Assembly (NCBI GenBank): GCA_934644775.1
Contig: CAKUDB010000001.1
Span: 36,441-100,440, forward strand
Source: an uncultured bacterium
GTDB lineage: Bacteria; Vulcanimicrobiota; Xenobia; Xenobiales; Xenobiaceae
Direction of reading: 5' to 3'
Length of the DNA stretch: 64,000 nt
Shown here: positions 28,586 to 39,361 of the stretch, piece after piece
Layout of the letters: every line of letters begins with the position of its first letter
Numbering within the stretch: position 1 is the stretch's first letter
Notes under the pieces: model-generated
What the model saw: the letters and a program-made list of their open reading frames with translations, nothing else
What the model was told of the DNA's origin: nothing
Database searches by the model: none
Program-made: the position numbers and the translations under genes

Positions 28586-28614
28586 TTGACTGACTATTTA
28601 ATTACCGTTATATT
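28586..28614 (+). promoter_or_regulatory. Sigma70-type promoter candidate for efflux operon (TTGACT-N17-TATATT)
   Basis: Canonical hexamers with a 17-nt spacer lie about 90 nt upstream of the MFP start. Confidence 0.5.
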
Positions 28615-28703
28615 TAACCCTGTATCTTTGTGATATTGACTGATTGTTCAATTGAAATTCAGCTAGGAGAGATATTTTCTGCTTCCCCCTGCGGACAGAA
28701 ATA

Positions 28704-30167
28704 ATGAGACTGATGAATAACAAATACTTAAATTTGGGCCTCCCTGTCGGCTTAGTTTTGGTAGCCGCCACTCTACTAGGCGGAGCTGTAGGCTGTACTC
28801 AGGGCACTTCCGGCGAAGAGAAAAAAGATGTAGCTGTTACCGAAGTTAAAGCCAGCAATGTAGAACTGGCTACTTCCCAATTGGGCAGCATTATGGAAGA
28901 GACTACTATTACCGGCCACCTAAATGCTATTAGTAAGGCCAATATAGTTAGTCGGGTAGCTGGCCGAGTGGTGGGCATCTATGCTCGCGAAGGCGATTTT
29001 GTGCGCCAAGGTCAGATTTTAGCTCAGTTAGACGATACGGTACAAAAAAATACCGTCAATTCAGCTAAAGCTAGTTTGGCTCAGGCTCAAGCCGCTCTCA
29101 ACCAAGCTTTAGCCAATTACAATTCGGCTCAAACTAGAGTAGGCCAAGCCCAAGAGAGTATGGGTATGACCGACGTTTCTTCGGCTTTGGAAGTACAAAA
29201 GGCCAACCAAGGGGTAATTCAGGCCCAATCGGCCTTAGCTAGCGCCCAGGCCAACTACGACGACGCTCTCTTAAATATGCACCGTCAGCAAGATCTCTAT
29301 GCTAAAGACGCCGTCTCCAGCTACGCTCGCGAGCAAGCCGAATTGCGGGAGCGCACCTCTTTTCAGCAGCTTAATACGGCCAAAAGCGCCCTTAAAGCGG
29401 CCAAAGAGAGTTTGCATATTGCTAAAACGGCCCAGCGCCAAGTCAATATCTTAAATGCCGACGTCAAAAATAGCAAAGACGCCGTGGCCCAAGCTCAAGC
29501 GGCCGTCGAGCAAGCTAGAGCTACCGTCCAGGCCGCCCAAGCCGCCTACCATTCTGCTCTAACTAACTTGGAAGATATGGCTATCAAGTCGCCTATCGAC
29601 GGTATAGTTACTAAGCGCAATATTGAAATTGGCGCTTTCGCTAGCGACGGCAGTGGCGCTGTCTTTAGTGTAGTTAATAATAAAGATTTGGAAATGATCA
29701 GCTCTTTGGACGAAAAGTTCGCCCCGGCGGTAAAACCCGGCAGTGGTCTGACTCTAAAGACCTCTATTGTCGATAAGGTGCCTGCTACCATAGTCGACGT
29801 TATTCCCGCTTCCGATCCTACCAGCCATACTATTAAGGTTCGCCTCAATATTAAAAATGAGAGCGGAGCCCTTTTAGACGGAACTTATGCCGAAGCCAAT
29901 ATGCCCGTCCAAGAGCTTAAGGGAGTAATCGTTCCCCGCACAGCTGTCAATATTGCCGTAGGCTCCGTCTATGTAATGGTTTTTGAAGGTAGCGGCACTG
30001 AAGGTACTGCCAAAAAGTACCCCGTCAAGATGGTCTATAGCAACGGTAAAGAGGCTTTAGTTAGCGGTATCGAGGCCGGCTTACAAGTAGTTACTTCCGG
30101 TGCTTTAGATATTCTCGATGGCCAGCCGCTCAAAATCGCTGCTGCTAAAGCAGAGGAGAACGAGTAG
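28704..30167 (+). CDS. RND efflux membrane fusion (periplasmic adaptor) lipoprotein, HlyD/AcrA family
   Basis: Signal plus lipobox ...GGAVGCTQG. A long Q/A-rich alpha-helical hairpin region is followed by beta-barrel/MP domains. It sits immediately upstream of the RND pump. Confidence 0.8.
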   Translation: MRLMNNKYLNLGLPVGLVLVAATLLGGAVGCTQGTSGEEKKDVAVTEVKASNVELATSQLGSIMEETTITGHLNAISKANIVSRVAGRVVGIYAREGDFVRQGQILAQLDDTVQKNTVNSAKASLAQAQAALNQALANYNSAQTRVGQAQESMGMTDVSSALEVQKANQGVIQAQSALASAQANYDDALLNMHRQQDLYAKDAVSSYAREQAELRERTSFQQLNTAKSALKAAKESLHIAKTAQRQVNILNADVKNSKDAVAQAQAAVEQARATVQAAQAAYHSALTNLEDMAIKSPIDGIVTKRNIEIGAFASDGSGAVFSVVNNKDLEMISSLDEKFAPAVKPGSGLTLKTSIVDKVPATIVDVIPASDPTSHTIKVRLNIKNESGALLDGTYAEANMPVQELKGVIVPRTAVNIAVGSVYVMVFEGSGTEGTAKKYPVKMVYSNGKEALVSGIEAGLQVVTSGALDILDGQPLKIAAAKAEENE

Positions 30168-30169
30168 CC

Positions 30170-33100
30170 TTGAGTATTTGGGATTTTTGTATTAAGAGGC
30201 CTGTCTTTACGACAGTGCTAGTTCTGTCACTAATTCTGGTCGGTATCATGGGCTACAGCCGCATGGGCGTAGACTTGATGCCCGACTTCGATATCCCCGT
30301 AGTTAGTGTCACCACCACTTATGTCGGTGCCGACCCTGAGGTTATCGACCAAGACGTCACCAATATTATTGAAGAACAAGTCGGTACTATCGAAGGTATC
30401 AAGAGTATCAAAAGTACCTCCTACGAAGGCTATTCCGCTGTAGTTATCGAGTTTGAGCTCGATCGCAATATCGATGTGGCCACTCAAGAAGTGCGCGATA
30501 AGGTATCCAAAGCCGAACAAGATTTGCCTACCTCTATCGACAAGCCTTTGGTGCAAAAGATCGACCCAGACTCTTCACCAATTATCTACCTGACTCTGGC
30601 TGGCGATATTCCTTACCAGCGCCTCTCCCAACTGGCCGACGATGTTTTACAAGACCAAATCCAAAATATTAGTGGTGTAGGTAGTGTGGAACTTTACGGT
30701 TTCCGCGAGCGCAATATTCGTATTTGGCTGGAAGCGGGCAAGATGGAGAAATATAGCATCTCTCCAGCCGAAGTGCTCAGCGCTTTGGGCTCTTGGCACG
30801 TAGAATTGCCCGGCGGCCGCCTGGAAACTGATAAGCGCGAATCTACCATTAAGATGGAAGGCGAATATACTAGCGTCGAAGAGCTTGAGACCATGACCCT
30901 AGCTTGGCGCAACGGCTCACCGGTACGCTTAAAAGATATTGCCCGCGTGGAAGATGGTGAAGACGATATTCGCAGCTATTCCCGCGACAATGGCCAAGCT
31001 TGCGTCACCTTGGCAGTCGTAAAACAGACCGGCTCCAACACCGTAGGTATCGCCCAAGCTGTGCGCGACAAGTTGCCAGAATTGCGCGAGCTCTTGCCTG
31101 GCAGTGTCAGATTAAATGTCTCTTACGATACTTCAAGCTTTATTAAAGACTCCGTACAAGGTGTAGGCGACGACTTACTTTTAGGCGGTCTCTTCACAGC
31201 TATCGTTATCTATCTCTTCTTGCGTCATATCAAGATGACCATTATCAGCTTGATATCTATTCCTACTTCACTACTGGGCGCTTTCGGGTTCATGTACTTC
31301 ATGAACTTTACCATTAACCAAATTACCATGTTGGCTATGTCGCTAGCTGTAGGTTTGGTAATCGACGATACTATCGTAGTTCTGGAGAATATCTTCCGTA
31401 TGATGGAAGAAGGCTCGGCTGACGGTAAGGAAGCAGCTAGCAAAGGTACTGGAGAAGTGGCTTTTGCCGTATTGGCCGCCACTATGACTATCGCGGCTAT
31501 CTTCTTGCCCGTAGCCTTTATGGGCGGTATTATCGGTCGAGTTTTCTACCAATTTGGTATCAGCGTAGGTATCGCTATTACCCTCTCTTACTGTATCTCC
31601 GTTACTCTAACTCCAATGCTTTGCGGCCGTTGGTTGAAGCCTGAAAGTCACAACAACTTCTTTACCAACGCTGTCGGCTCTTTCCTGAGTTGGATGGACC
31701 ACACTTACAGATCTTGGCTTACTGTAGTCCTGCGCAACCGTTTTACCCGCGTTATGACTATTGTTATAGCTTTCGCTTGTTTCGCTTTCGGTCTCTTCTT
31801 AGCCGGTTTTGTAGGCGAAGAATTTTCCCCCAATGCCGACCGCAGCGCCTTTATCGTCAGTGTTAAGACCCCTATCGGCACTTCCTTGGCCTTAACCGAC
31901 GAGCGTTGCCGAGTTATTACCACTATTGCCAGACAACATCCAGAAGTTATCAAAACTATGGAAACTATCGGCGATACTCGAACTGGTCAGGTTAATAAAG
32001 CTACTATTATTGTTGAGCTTAAACCCCGCAAAGAGCGCCAAAAATCTCAGCAGCAAATCATGGACGAAATGCGCGCCGAGTTTGAAAAGTTGGCTGGTGT
32101 CACCGCTATTCCGGCTCACATCCCTACAATGGGCGGCGGCTCTACCCAATACGACTTGCAATACGCTTTACAAGGTGCCGATCTGGACACTTTGGAAGAG
32201 ATTACCGGCAAAATTACTCGTCTAATGCAAAAGAATAAGAGCCTTTGCGACATCAACGACGATTTGGAATTGATCCAACCCCAAGTGTCCGTCTTCCCCA
32301 AGAGGGATAGCGCTGCCGACGTAGGCTTAACTACTAAAGATATTACTACCGCTTTGCAAACGATGATGGGTGGCGTCGACGCTGCCAAGTTTAAGATCGG
32401 CAGTAAGCGCTACGACGTGCGCGTCAAAGCTGAAGACTCTTTCCGCGAAGACGCCGAATCGATCCGCAAGATCCTCCTGCGCACCCCTTCAGGCAAAAAT
32501 GTCTATATGCGCAGTGTGGCCAATGTAGTTGAAGGCTTGGGCCCCAATTGTATTAGCCGCTACGACCGTATGCGCTCTGTCACCATCACTTGTAACGTAG
32601 TAGCTAACACCATTACTACCGGTCAAGCTTCTGAATGGTTCGAAAAAGAGGTCGCTCAGCTTTTACAAAGCTATCCCGGCTACAAAATTACCGCTACCGG
32701 TATGACCCAAAACCAAAAAGAATCGATGCAATATATGATGTTCGCTCTCTTGAGCTCTATTGTTATCGTCTATTTGGTACTGGCCGCTCAGTTTGAATCT
32801 TTCATCCACCCCTTCACTATTATGATGACCTTGCCTCTGGCTTTGGTGGGCGTCTTCTTGGCCCTCTTCCTCTGCCACGAGAACTTAAGCATCTTCGCTC
32901 TAATCGGTATCATCATGTTGGTAGGTATCGTTACCCGTAACGGTATCTTGTTGGTAGAATTTGCCAACCAACTGCGCGAAGAAGAAGGGCTCGATCCCCA
33001 CTACGCTATGCTTAAAGCCGGCCCCTTGCGTTTGCGCCCTATCCTTATGACGGCTGCTTCCTCCATTATCGGCGTTTTGCCCGTAGCTTTAGGCATGTCC

Positions 33101-33427
33101 GAAGGTGGCGAAGTCCGCTCGGCTATGGGTGTAGCCGTAATCGGTGGTCTGCTTACTTCTACCTTCTTGACCCTTTTCGTAGTACCGACAGCTTATATTA
33201 CCTTCGATGGTACTATGGCCAGAATTACCAATATCTTGCGCAAAATGGGCTTTAAGTTCGAAGAGGACAACCCCTCTGGTGCTCCTCCTGCTCCCGCTCC
33301 TTCGGGCAGCCCTTCTACTAAAAAGTCGGGCGTAGATTTAAGTAAGTCCGAGGCCTCCGGCAAAAGTGTAAATGATATTCGCCATGGCAAAGTGATCGCC
33401 GATTCTAAAGACAAGGAGGCTCGCTAA
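30170..33427 (+). CDS. RND-family efflux permease (AcrB/HAE1-like), 1085 aa
   Basis: N-terminus MSIWDFCIKRPVFTTVLVLSLILVGIMGY. It has 12-TM pump architecture and TTG start 2 nt after the MFP stop. Confidence 0.85.
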   Translation: MSIWDFCIKRPVFTTVLVLSLILVGIMGYSRMGVDLMPDFDIPVVSVTTTYVGADPEVIDQDVTNIIEEQVGTIEGIKSIKSTSYEGYSAVVIEFELDRNIDVATQEVRDKVSKAEQDLPTSIDKPLVQKIDPDSSPIIYLTLAGDIPYQRLSQLADDVLQDQIQNISGVGSVELYGFRERNIRIWLEAGKMEKYSISPAEVLSALGSWHVELPGGRLETDKRESTIKMEGEYTSVEELETMTLAWRNGSPVRLKDIARVEDGEDDIRSYSRDNGQACVTLAVVKQTGSNTVGIAQAVRDKLPELRELLPGSVRLNVSYDTSSFIKDSVQGVGDDLLLGGLFTAIVIYLFLRHIKMTIISLISIPTSLLGAFGFMYFMNFTINQITMLAMSLAVGLVIDDTIVVLENIFRMMEEGSADGKEAASKGTGEVAFAVLAATMTIAAIFLPVAFMGGIIGRVFYQFGISVGIAITLSYCISVTLTPMLCGRWLKPESHNNFFTNAVGSFLSWMDHTYRSWLTVVLRNRFTRVMTIVIAFACFAFGLFLAGFVGEEFSPNADRSAFIVSVKTPIGTSLALTDERCRVITTIARQHPEVIKTMETIGDTRTGQVNKATIIVELKPRKERQKSQQQIMDEMRAEFEKLAGVTAIPAHIPTMGGGSTQYDLQYALQGADLDTLEEITGKITRLMQKNKSLCDINDDLELIQPQVSVFPKRDSAADVGLTTKDITTALQTMMGGVDAAKFKIGSKRYDVRVKAEDSFREDAESIRKILLRTPSGKNVYMRSVANVVEGLGPNCISRYDRMRSVTITCNVVANTITTGQASEWFEKEVAQLLQSYPGYKITATGMTQNQKESMQYMMFALLSSIVIVYLVLAAQFESFIHPFTIMMTLPLALVGVFLALFLCHENLSIFALIGIIMLVGIVTRNGILLVEFANQLREEEGLDPHYAMLKAGPLRLRPILMTAASSIIGVLPVALGMSEGGEVRSAMGVAVIGGLLTSTFLTLFVVPTAYITFDGTMARITNILRKMGFKFEEDNPSGAPPAPAPSGSPSTKKSGVDLSKSEASGKSVNDIRHGKVIADSKDKEAR

Positions 33428-33429
33428 TC

Positions 33430-35223
33430 ATGAATTGCACTAGATGCGCAGGCTGGCCCAGCCACTGGCGCATGTCGGCTATTGTCTTGTCTTTAGGCTT
33501 GGCTTTAGTTGGCGGCAGCCAGAGTGTATGGGCTAATCAAGCTCAGCCAGAGGGGGGCGCAGCTAAGCCCCAGGCCGCTTCAACAGTAAGCACTAAGGCC
33601 AAGGCCGTACCTGCTGCCAAAGTTTATCAGCCTCAGAATGCTCCTCAGCCTTCTCAAGCGGCTGCAGCTTCTGTCAACACTTCGGCCGGGACTATTTTGC
33701 CCCAGGAAGTAGCCGACATCGAAGGGGCACCCAGATATACCTTGCGTGAAGCTATGCGCATGGCTATGCAAAATTCGCCTAACCTCGATTCGGCTAGGGC
33801 CGCTTACCGCCAAGCTAAGGGAGCTACCGAAGAAGCCTACACGGTCGGCCATCCTACCGTAGGTTTGAGCGCGGGCTACACTTTTACAGTGCCCGACATG
33901 TCGGTCGATATGGGCGGCCAAAAGATCTCCGTTGGCTTCCAACACAACTACAATGCCAGTTTGGCTATCAACCAAGTAATTTCTACTTTTGGCCGCTTAC
34001 ACTATTCGGTCTTAGCTTCACAAATGGCTGAATATAGCGCCTTAGAGAAATATCGCCAGGCCTTAGAAGCCCAGTTGGCCGCTACGGCTAATAAGTACCT
34101 AAATGTACTTTTGGCCCAAGAGAGTGTAGTTATCGCCGCTCAACAATTAGAGGCCCAAAAGTCTTCTTTACGCCAAGCTGAAGATCTATACGAAGGCGGA
34201 ACGGCGGCCAAGTTCGACGTTTTAAGTGTACGCTCGGCAGCTACTTCGGCTGAGCTTACTTTAATAGAAGCTAAAAATGCTTTGCGTTTAACTAAAGCGG
34301 CTCTGTGCAGCGATATGGGACTTCCTATCGGCACTGAGTTTAATGTGGCCCCTTTCACCTGGGAAAAGATCCCCGATAACGTAGTCTCTACTTACGATTT
34401 GGAAGAGTCGGTTTTGGGAGCTTTAGAGCGTCGCCCTGAAGTTAAAGCTACCCAGTGGGCCAAAGATGCTGCCCAAGCCCGTCTGGAACTTTCGCGCAAC
34501 AACAGAAACCCGTCTTTGGCTTTGCAAAGTACCGTTTCCAATACTAGAGCCACCGCCATGTCCAATAGCACTATGTGGGTGACAAGTTTAGTCCTCTCTG
34601 TGCCTATCTACGATGGCGGGGTAGAATCGGCTCAGAGTAAACAATTAGAAGCGGCTGTCGAGCAACTAGAGGCCAATTTGGAAAATGTGCGTCGCGGCGT
34701 CCGTTTAGATGTTGAGCAATGCTACTACAACTTAAATAGTCGCTGGCAGCGCATTGTCCAAGCTCGCGTTGGTTTAGACCAAGCCCAAGAAGCCTACCGA
34801 GTAGCCGAAGTTCGCTACGGAGCCGGCCTCTCTACGCCTACTGAGCTTTTGGAAAGTCAGTCGGCCTTAGTCGCTGCCAAGCGCAGTTTGGCTACGGCCA
34901 AGTATAGCTACTTGGGAGCCAACGTCGATTGGATGTTGGCTACTTCCGGCGCTTACCCTTTCGAAGTAGTTGGCCCCTTAGATGAATCGGATCTGAAAGC
35001 CGATTTAGACGCTTGGTACGTTTCGGCCCAAGAGGTGCGCAACCAAGCCGTAAAGCTTATCGATCCAGTTAAGGACGATAAGATTCCGGCCACATACCAA
35101 GAGACTAGCGCTTCCGAGCCTTCTTTAAAGAAGCTCAGTGAGCAAATTAAAGCCCAAACTATTGTAGAGCGTTTGCCTGAAGAGAAGACGAAAGTTCCCT
35201 TGGAAGAGGAGGTATCTCAATGA
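33430..35223 (+). CDS. Outer membrane efflux protein (TolC/OEP family), 597 aa
   Basis: Signal peptide present. Two OEP repeats rich in coiled-coil Q/A/L. Third gene of the MFP-RND-OMF operon. Confidence 0.8.
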   Translation: MNCTRCAGWPSHWRMSAIVLSLGLALVGGSQSVWANQAQPEGGAAKPQAASTVSTKAKAVPAAKVYQPQNAPQPSQAAAASVNTSAGTILPQEVADIEGAPRYTLREAMRMAMQNSPNLDSARAAYRQAKGATEEAYTVGHPTVGLSAGYTFTVPDMSVDMGGQKISVGFQHNYNASLAINQVISTFGRLHYSVLASQMAEYSALEKYRQALEAQLAATANKYLNVLLAQESVVIAAQQLEAQKSSLRQAEDLYEGGTAAKFDVLSVRSAATSAELTLIEAKNALRLTKAALCSDMGLPIGTEFNVAPFTWEKIPDNVVSTYDLEESVLGALERRPEVKATQWAKDAAQARLELSRNNRNPSLALQSTVSNTRATAMSNSTMWVTSLVLSVPIYDGGVESAQSKQLEAAVEQLEANLENVRRGVRLDVEQCYYNLNSRWQRIVQARVGLDQAQEAYRVAEVRYGAGLSTPTELLESQSALVAAKRSLATAKYSYLGANVDWMLATSGAYPFEVVGPLDESDLKADLDAWYVSAQEVRNQAVKLIDPVKDDKIPATYQETSASEPSLKKLSEQIKAQTIVERLPEEKTKVPLEEEVSQ

Positions 35224-35810
35224 TGAGTCCAGTGTCCGAACAAGAAGTTGGTACCGAGAGATATAATCGGCGTCGCGAGCAGCTTTTAGATGTTGCTACC
35301 CACCTTTTTGCCAAATATGGTTTGGAAGGTACTACCACTAAAGATATAGCTGAAGCTGCTGGAGTATCTCCCGGTTTGCTCTACCACTACTACAGCTCCA
35401 AAGAAGACTTACTTATTAGTGTCATTCGCCGTTTTCGCGATCAGAAATGTGTCTACGAAAAGGACAACAGCTACTTTGAACTTTCTTTGGGTGAAGGGCT
35501 CAAACATACTCTCTTCAGCTTCAAAGAGTTTGTCAACAAAAATCGCGATCTACTTTGGATCGTCTTTAGAGCGGCGGCTATTTTCCCTTCGGTTAATGAG
35601 GTACTTGGTGAGTTCGAAAAATCTGATCGCGGCGGTATGGTAGCTTTCTTTGAGAAGAAGATCGGGTCGGGTGAAATGAAGAATATCGATCCTAATTTGG
35701 TGGCTAAATCTTTGCGCCATATTATCGTTATGGCCAGTTTGGGCGGTCAAAGCTACGATCTCGATATTGATAAATTGGTTAATGTTTTTTTAACCGGCAT
35801 TCAAGCTTAG
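35220..35810 (+). CDS. TetR/AcrR-family transcriptional regulator
   Basis: N-terminal HTH ...LFAKYGLEGTTTKDIAEAAGVSPGLLYHYYSSKEDLL. The ATGA overlaps the OMF stop. Confidence 0.8.
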   Translation: MMSPVSEQEVGTERYNRRREQLLDVATHLFAKYGLEGTTTKDIAEAAGVSPGLLYHYYSSKEDLLISVIRRFRDQKCVYEKDNSYFELSLGEGLKHTLFSFKEFVNKNRDLLWIVFRAAAIFPSVNEVLGEFEKSDRGGMVAFFEKKIGSGEMKNIDPNLVAKSLRHIIVMASLGGQSYDLDIDKLVNVFLTGIQA

Positions 35811-35831
35811 CTTTTAAGCTGAGTCTTAAGT

Positions 35832-35880
35832 AAAACTGAGCCTCTCTAGCTATTTTAGTTGGAGAAGCTCAGTTTTTTTT
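35832..35880. terminator. Bidirectional rho-independent terminator
   Basis: aaaactgagc-N20-gctcagtttttttt has a perfect 10-bp stem plus T8. It lies between the convergent TetR and metallopeptidase-like genes. Confidence 0.65.
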
Positions 35881-35902
35881 ATTGCTATCGGGAAAGATTT
35901 TT

Positions 35903-36802
35903 TTAGCGGGCAAACTCTTGGCAAAGCTTATCCCAAGCGGCAAAAGAGCGCAAATTGGCCACAATACCTTCATAATCGTCGTGGGGATTGATTAAAGTAT
36001 CGTCGCTAGCTAAATCGTTAAGGATCTTGCCAATATCTTCGCCATCTAAATTCATAAACATAACCGTCAAAGAAGCTAAGTAGGCGTTGTAAGCCCTCTT
36101 TAAGTCGTAAGTATGCTGGTTAGAGACAAATTGGGAGAAAGACTCTTGGTTGTTGACCAGCTCGTCTAAGGTGCCCATATCACCCTGTTCAACTACAGCC
36201 GAAGCTAAAAATATTTCGAACCAAGAGCGCAACATATCGGCACAATATTCGTTGGTACCGCCGTCGTCTAAGCAATAGGCCAATAGGTAGGCGGCCATAT
36301 TGTCGCAAGCGTCTTCTTCGTTGCCCGGCACAGCTAAATCGTAGTCGTTAATCAGCAAGTGGGCCACTTCATGCATCATAGAGACATTGGCCGACTGGCC
36401 CACCGTTTGGGCGATCTCCTTTTGAGTCGCTTTACTGAGCTTATCTTCCATGGTGCAGAGATTGTTGTAACTAATTAGTAAATCGTCGTAAGGAATATAA
36501 ATTTTGGCCGTCTCTAAATCACAGTGGATACCATATTTACTGTCCATACTTAAAAAGATTACTTTGGCCGGCCTTTTAAGCTTAAAGATTTTATTGAAAC
36601 CCTCGACAGTTTTGCTCGTATCTTTTAATTTTTCCATCAAACCGGGAGGCAGCTTTTGCTCGGGCTCTTTGAATACGAGAGAAAGTTGGCCTTCTTCGTC
36701 AGTTTCGGCCAAAGATTCACAAGGGGCCATGCCCAAGAGAACTAGCAAATTTAAAGCCAGCATTAAGCTTATTAGCTGGAGTTTGCCCAATCTTATCTTC
36801 AT
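35903..36802 (-). CDS. Secreted putative zinc metallopeptidase (HExxH; DUF4344-like)
   Basis: Signal peptide MKIRLGKLQLISLMLALNLLVLLGMAPCESLA. MHEVAHLL motif present. RBS aggag sits upstream. Confidence 0.55.
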   Translation of the reverse strand: MKIRLGKLQLISLMLALNLLVLLGMAPCESLAETDEEGQLSLVFKEPEQKLPPGLMEKLKDTSKTVEGFNKIFKLKRPAKVIFLSMDSKYGIHCDLETAKIYIPYDDLLISYNNLCTMEDKLSKATQKEIAQTVGQSANVSMMHEVAHLLINDYDLAVPGNEEDACDNMAAYLLAYCLDDGGTNEYCADMLRSWFEIFLASAVVEQGDMGTLDELVNNQESFSQFVSNQHTYDLKRAYNAYLASLTVMFMNLDGEDIGKILNDLASDDTLINPHDDYEGIVANLRSFAAWDKLCQEFAR

Positions 36803-37019
36803 ATTTAACTCCTAATTTTCAATGGGGGTAAAAAAATAGCTCTATTGGCTTAGAGGATATACCTTAGGCTTTTGACTATAGGGGCCTTTTACCTTATTAG
36901 ATAAAAAATTATTTTTTATAAAAAACTGCCCCCTATCTCTAGAGCAAAGGAAGAGGCTCGGGAATACTTGAATTTTTCACCTAGAGAACACCATTTTTTT
37001 AGGCGGAGCTATTACTTTC

Positions 37020-37496
37020 TTGACTATAGAATCAGGTAAGCCGATAGAAGCAACTGACAACAAGCCTTCAGCCCCAGCCCCAAAGAGGCCCCAAGCTGAT
37101 ATTACCAGCCTTCTAACTAAAACTAATAGCCAGGTCTCTCCCTGGTTGGCAGTCAGTTTCTCCTTATTTATCTACCCTGGAGCCGGTCAAGTTATGAATC
37201 GTCGCCCCGGTAAAGGGGTTGTCTTTAGTTTGGTCTTTACCATCTTTATGGGCTTAGCTTTGTACTATCTAATAAATGGCGCTCTAGATTTTTTTGCTCC
37301 CGAGTTGCGTGAAGGGGCCCTAGGGCGCAATCAGGCTTTAGGTCTGTGGGGCTTAAATGCCAACTTTAGCGCCGCCGTATCTTGGCTCTCCCTATCTTTT
37401 GTCTGTTATCTGTGGTCTGCTTTAGATGCTATGCTCGATAGTCGCCACTTGAGAGAAAAAGAAAACACTAAGGTGCCAGAGCCAAAGCAAAAGTAA
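37020..37496 (+). CDS. Small membrane protein of unknown function (2 TM; ...PGAGQVMNRRPGKG... motif)
   Basis: ORF with TTG start. An alternative ATG at 37194 with ggagcc 10 nt upstream would give a 100-aa 2-TM protein. Start unresolved. Confidence 0.45.
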   Translation: MTIESGKPIEATDNKPSAPAPKRPQADITSLLTKTNSQVSPWLAVSFSLFIYPGAGQVMNRRPGKGVVFSLVFTIFMGLALYYLINGALDFFAPELREGALGRNQALGLWGLNANFSAAVSWLSLSFVCYLWSALDAMLDSRHLREKENTKVPEPKQK

Positions 37497-37696
37497 GCTC
37501 GGCTAGTATATCTATTTTATTGCTGTCGCCATTTTTTGAGTAACTTACAAAGTTATTTTCAAGTGGCGACTTTTTTTATATTCCAGCTTACGCAAAATAC
37601 AGGCGCTAAATGTAAACAGGATAATCCTTGCGCGAATTAACGATCCTAGTAAAATGTTACCCAAGTTGTAGTGAATATTGGAGCTAATAAAAAAAT

Positions 37697-39361
37697 ATGA
37701 GTTTACCAACTGAAGGTCAGAGTTTAGCTGGCCTGGAGGTTCTGCCAGATAAGCAAATCCCCCAAGAAAAATCTTACTCGGAATCTGAATTGTTTGTCTT
37801 GTTGCGTCGCTTGACCGAGGCTTCGGGAGGAAAGGCCAGCTTATTGGTACTTTGGAAGAAAGGCTCTCCGGAAGGTGGACGATTCCGCACCTATAGTTAC
37901 GGATTGGAAAAATATCCTGGCGAGCGCTTTAGCACTTTAGTTAGCGAAGCGGCCCAAAAGATGCAAAGCTCCCTCTGGAGCAATTTGGGCGACTCTCCCT
38001 ATAGGAATAGAAAGTTGCAACGCACTTTAGAAGGCGAAGCGGCTCGCTTAGGCATGGGCAAATCTTACGCTTTAGTTATGCCAGTTATGTCCGCCCAAGA
38101 GGCGGTCGGCCTCTTTATCTTGCTCCACTCCCAAGATTTGCCCACTTTCTTACATCGCTATCCACAAATGTATAATCTTATGCTGGATCGACTGGAAGTA
38201 AGTATCTGTCACGCCAATTTAATTTACAGCTTGATGCGCGAGCGCACTTGGTTCGATACTATGCTCAATCGCTCCAAAGATGGAGTAGCTATAGTAGATA
38301 GAGAAGGCAAGTTGGTAGGGATCAATCCGGCCTTGGAAACTATGAGCGGTTGGAAAGTGGCCGAGGCGGTAGGGCAGCCGGTCTACAAAATTTTGCCCCT
38401 TAGCTCTATAGATGTTGGCAGCGGAACTTATATTCCCAACAAAGGCGGCTACAGTTTAGCCCTTTACAACCAACCTAGTCCGGTCAATTTAGCTATTAGC
38501 GCTGAACCTATAGAGGCGGTTCTAACCGATCATGACGGACAAAAGATCGACGTCGAAGTGATCGGCCTAACCGTAAGGGACAATTCGGGCATCCCCAACG
38601 GCTGGGTGATGACCTTGCGCGATATAAGTAAGCGCAAAGAGACTGAGCGGTTGGGCAAAGTTTTTCTCTCGGCCATGTCTCACGAATTGCAAACTCCCAT
38701 TGCCGTTATTAAGGGTTTTGCCGGCCTAATGAGCGATCCGGAAATCGATATGTCCCAGGAAATGATCCGCCAAAAAGCCCAAGTGATCTTTGAAGAGAGC
38801 GATCGTTTGCAAAAGATGGTTAAACAAATGCTGGAGGCGGCTTCTATTCAGGCCGGCGGCATTAGTTTAAGTTGCGATATGGTCGACTTAGATAGCATGG
38901 CCGAGCGTACTATGCGCCGTTTAAGCGCTATGGCCGCCGCTAAAAATATCGCTCTGGTTAAAGAGACTGAGGGAGAGATCCCCGCTGTTTGGGGCGATAT
39001 TTCTCGCTTAGAGCAAGTAATGACCAACTTGGTAGAAAATGGTATTAAATATAGTACGGAAGGAAAGGTAATTATAAGAATTAAAAGGCAGCTCGATAAT
39101 GTGGTCGTATCCGTTCTCGACCAGGGGCCGGGGGTTAGCGACGAAGATGCCCAACGAATTTTCGGTCTGTTTGAGCGCGGTCAAGAGATGAAGAAGAAAG
39201 TACGCGGCAGCGGCTTGGGGCTATTTATCGCTAAGGCCATTATCGATGCTCACGGCGGCACTATCGGCGTAAATCACGGTTGCGGCGGCGGGGCTTGCTT
39301 CTACTTCAGTTTACCTTGCAAGGAGGGTAAAAAATATGATGACTCCGACCCCATCTTATAA
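37697..39361 (+). CDS. Sensor histidine kinase, cytoplasmic, N-terminal GAF-like region + PAS + HisKA + HATPase_c
   Basis: H-box LSAMSHELQTPIAVIKGF. PAS signature DTMLNRSKDGVAIVDREGKLVGINPALETMSGW. G-boxes GSGLGLFIAKAIIDAHGG. No TM segments. Confidence 0.8.
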   Translation: MSLPTEGQSLAGLEVLPDKQIPQEKSYSESELFVLLRRLTEASGGKASLLVLWKKGSPEGGRFRTYSYGLEKYPGERFSTLVSEAAQKMQSSLWSNLGDSPYRNRKLQRTLEGEAARLGMGKSYALVMPVMSAQEAVGLFILLHSQDLPTFLHRYPQMYNLMLDRLEVSICHANLIYSLMRERTWFDTMLNRSKDGVAIVDREGKLVGINPALETMSGWKVAEAVGQPVYKILPLSSIDVGSGTYIPNKGGYSLALYNQPSPVNLAISAEPIEAVLTDHDGQKIDVEVIGLTVRDNSGIPNGWVMTLRDISKRKETERLGKVFLSAMSHELQTPIAVIKGFAGLMSDPEIDMSQEMIRQKAQVIFEESDRLQKMVKQMLEAASIQAGGISLSCDMVDLDSMAERTMRRLSAMAAAKNIALVKETEGEIPAVWGDISRLEQVMTNLVENGIKYSTEGKVIIRIKRQLDNVVVSVLDQGPGVSDEDAQRIFGLFERGQEMKKKVRGSGLGLFIAKAIIDAHGGTIGVNHGCGGGACFYFSLPCKEGKKYDDSDPIL

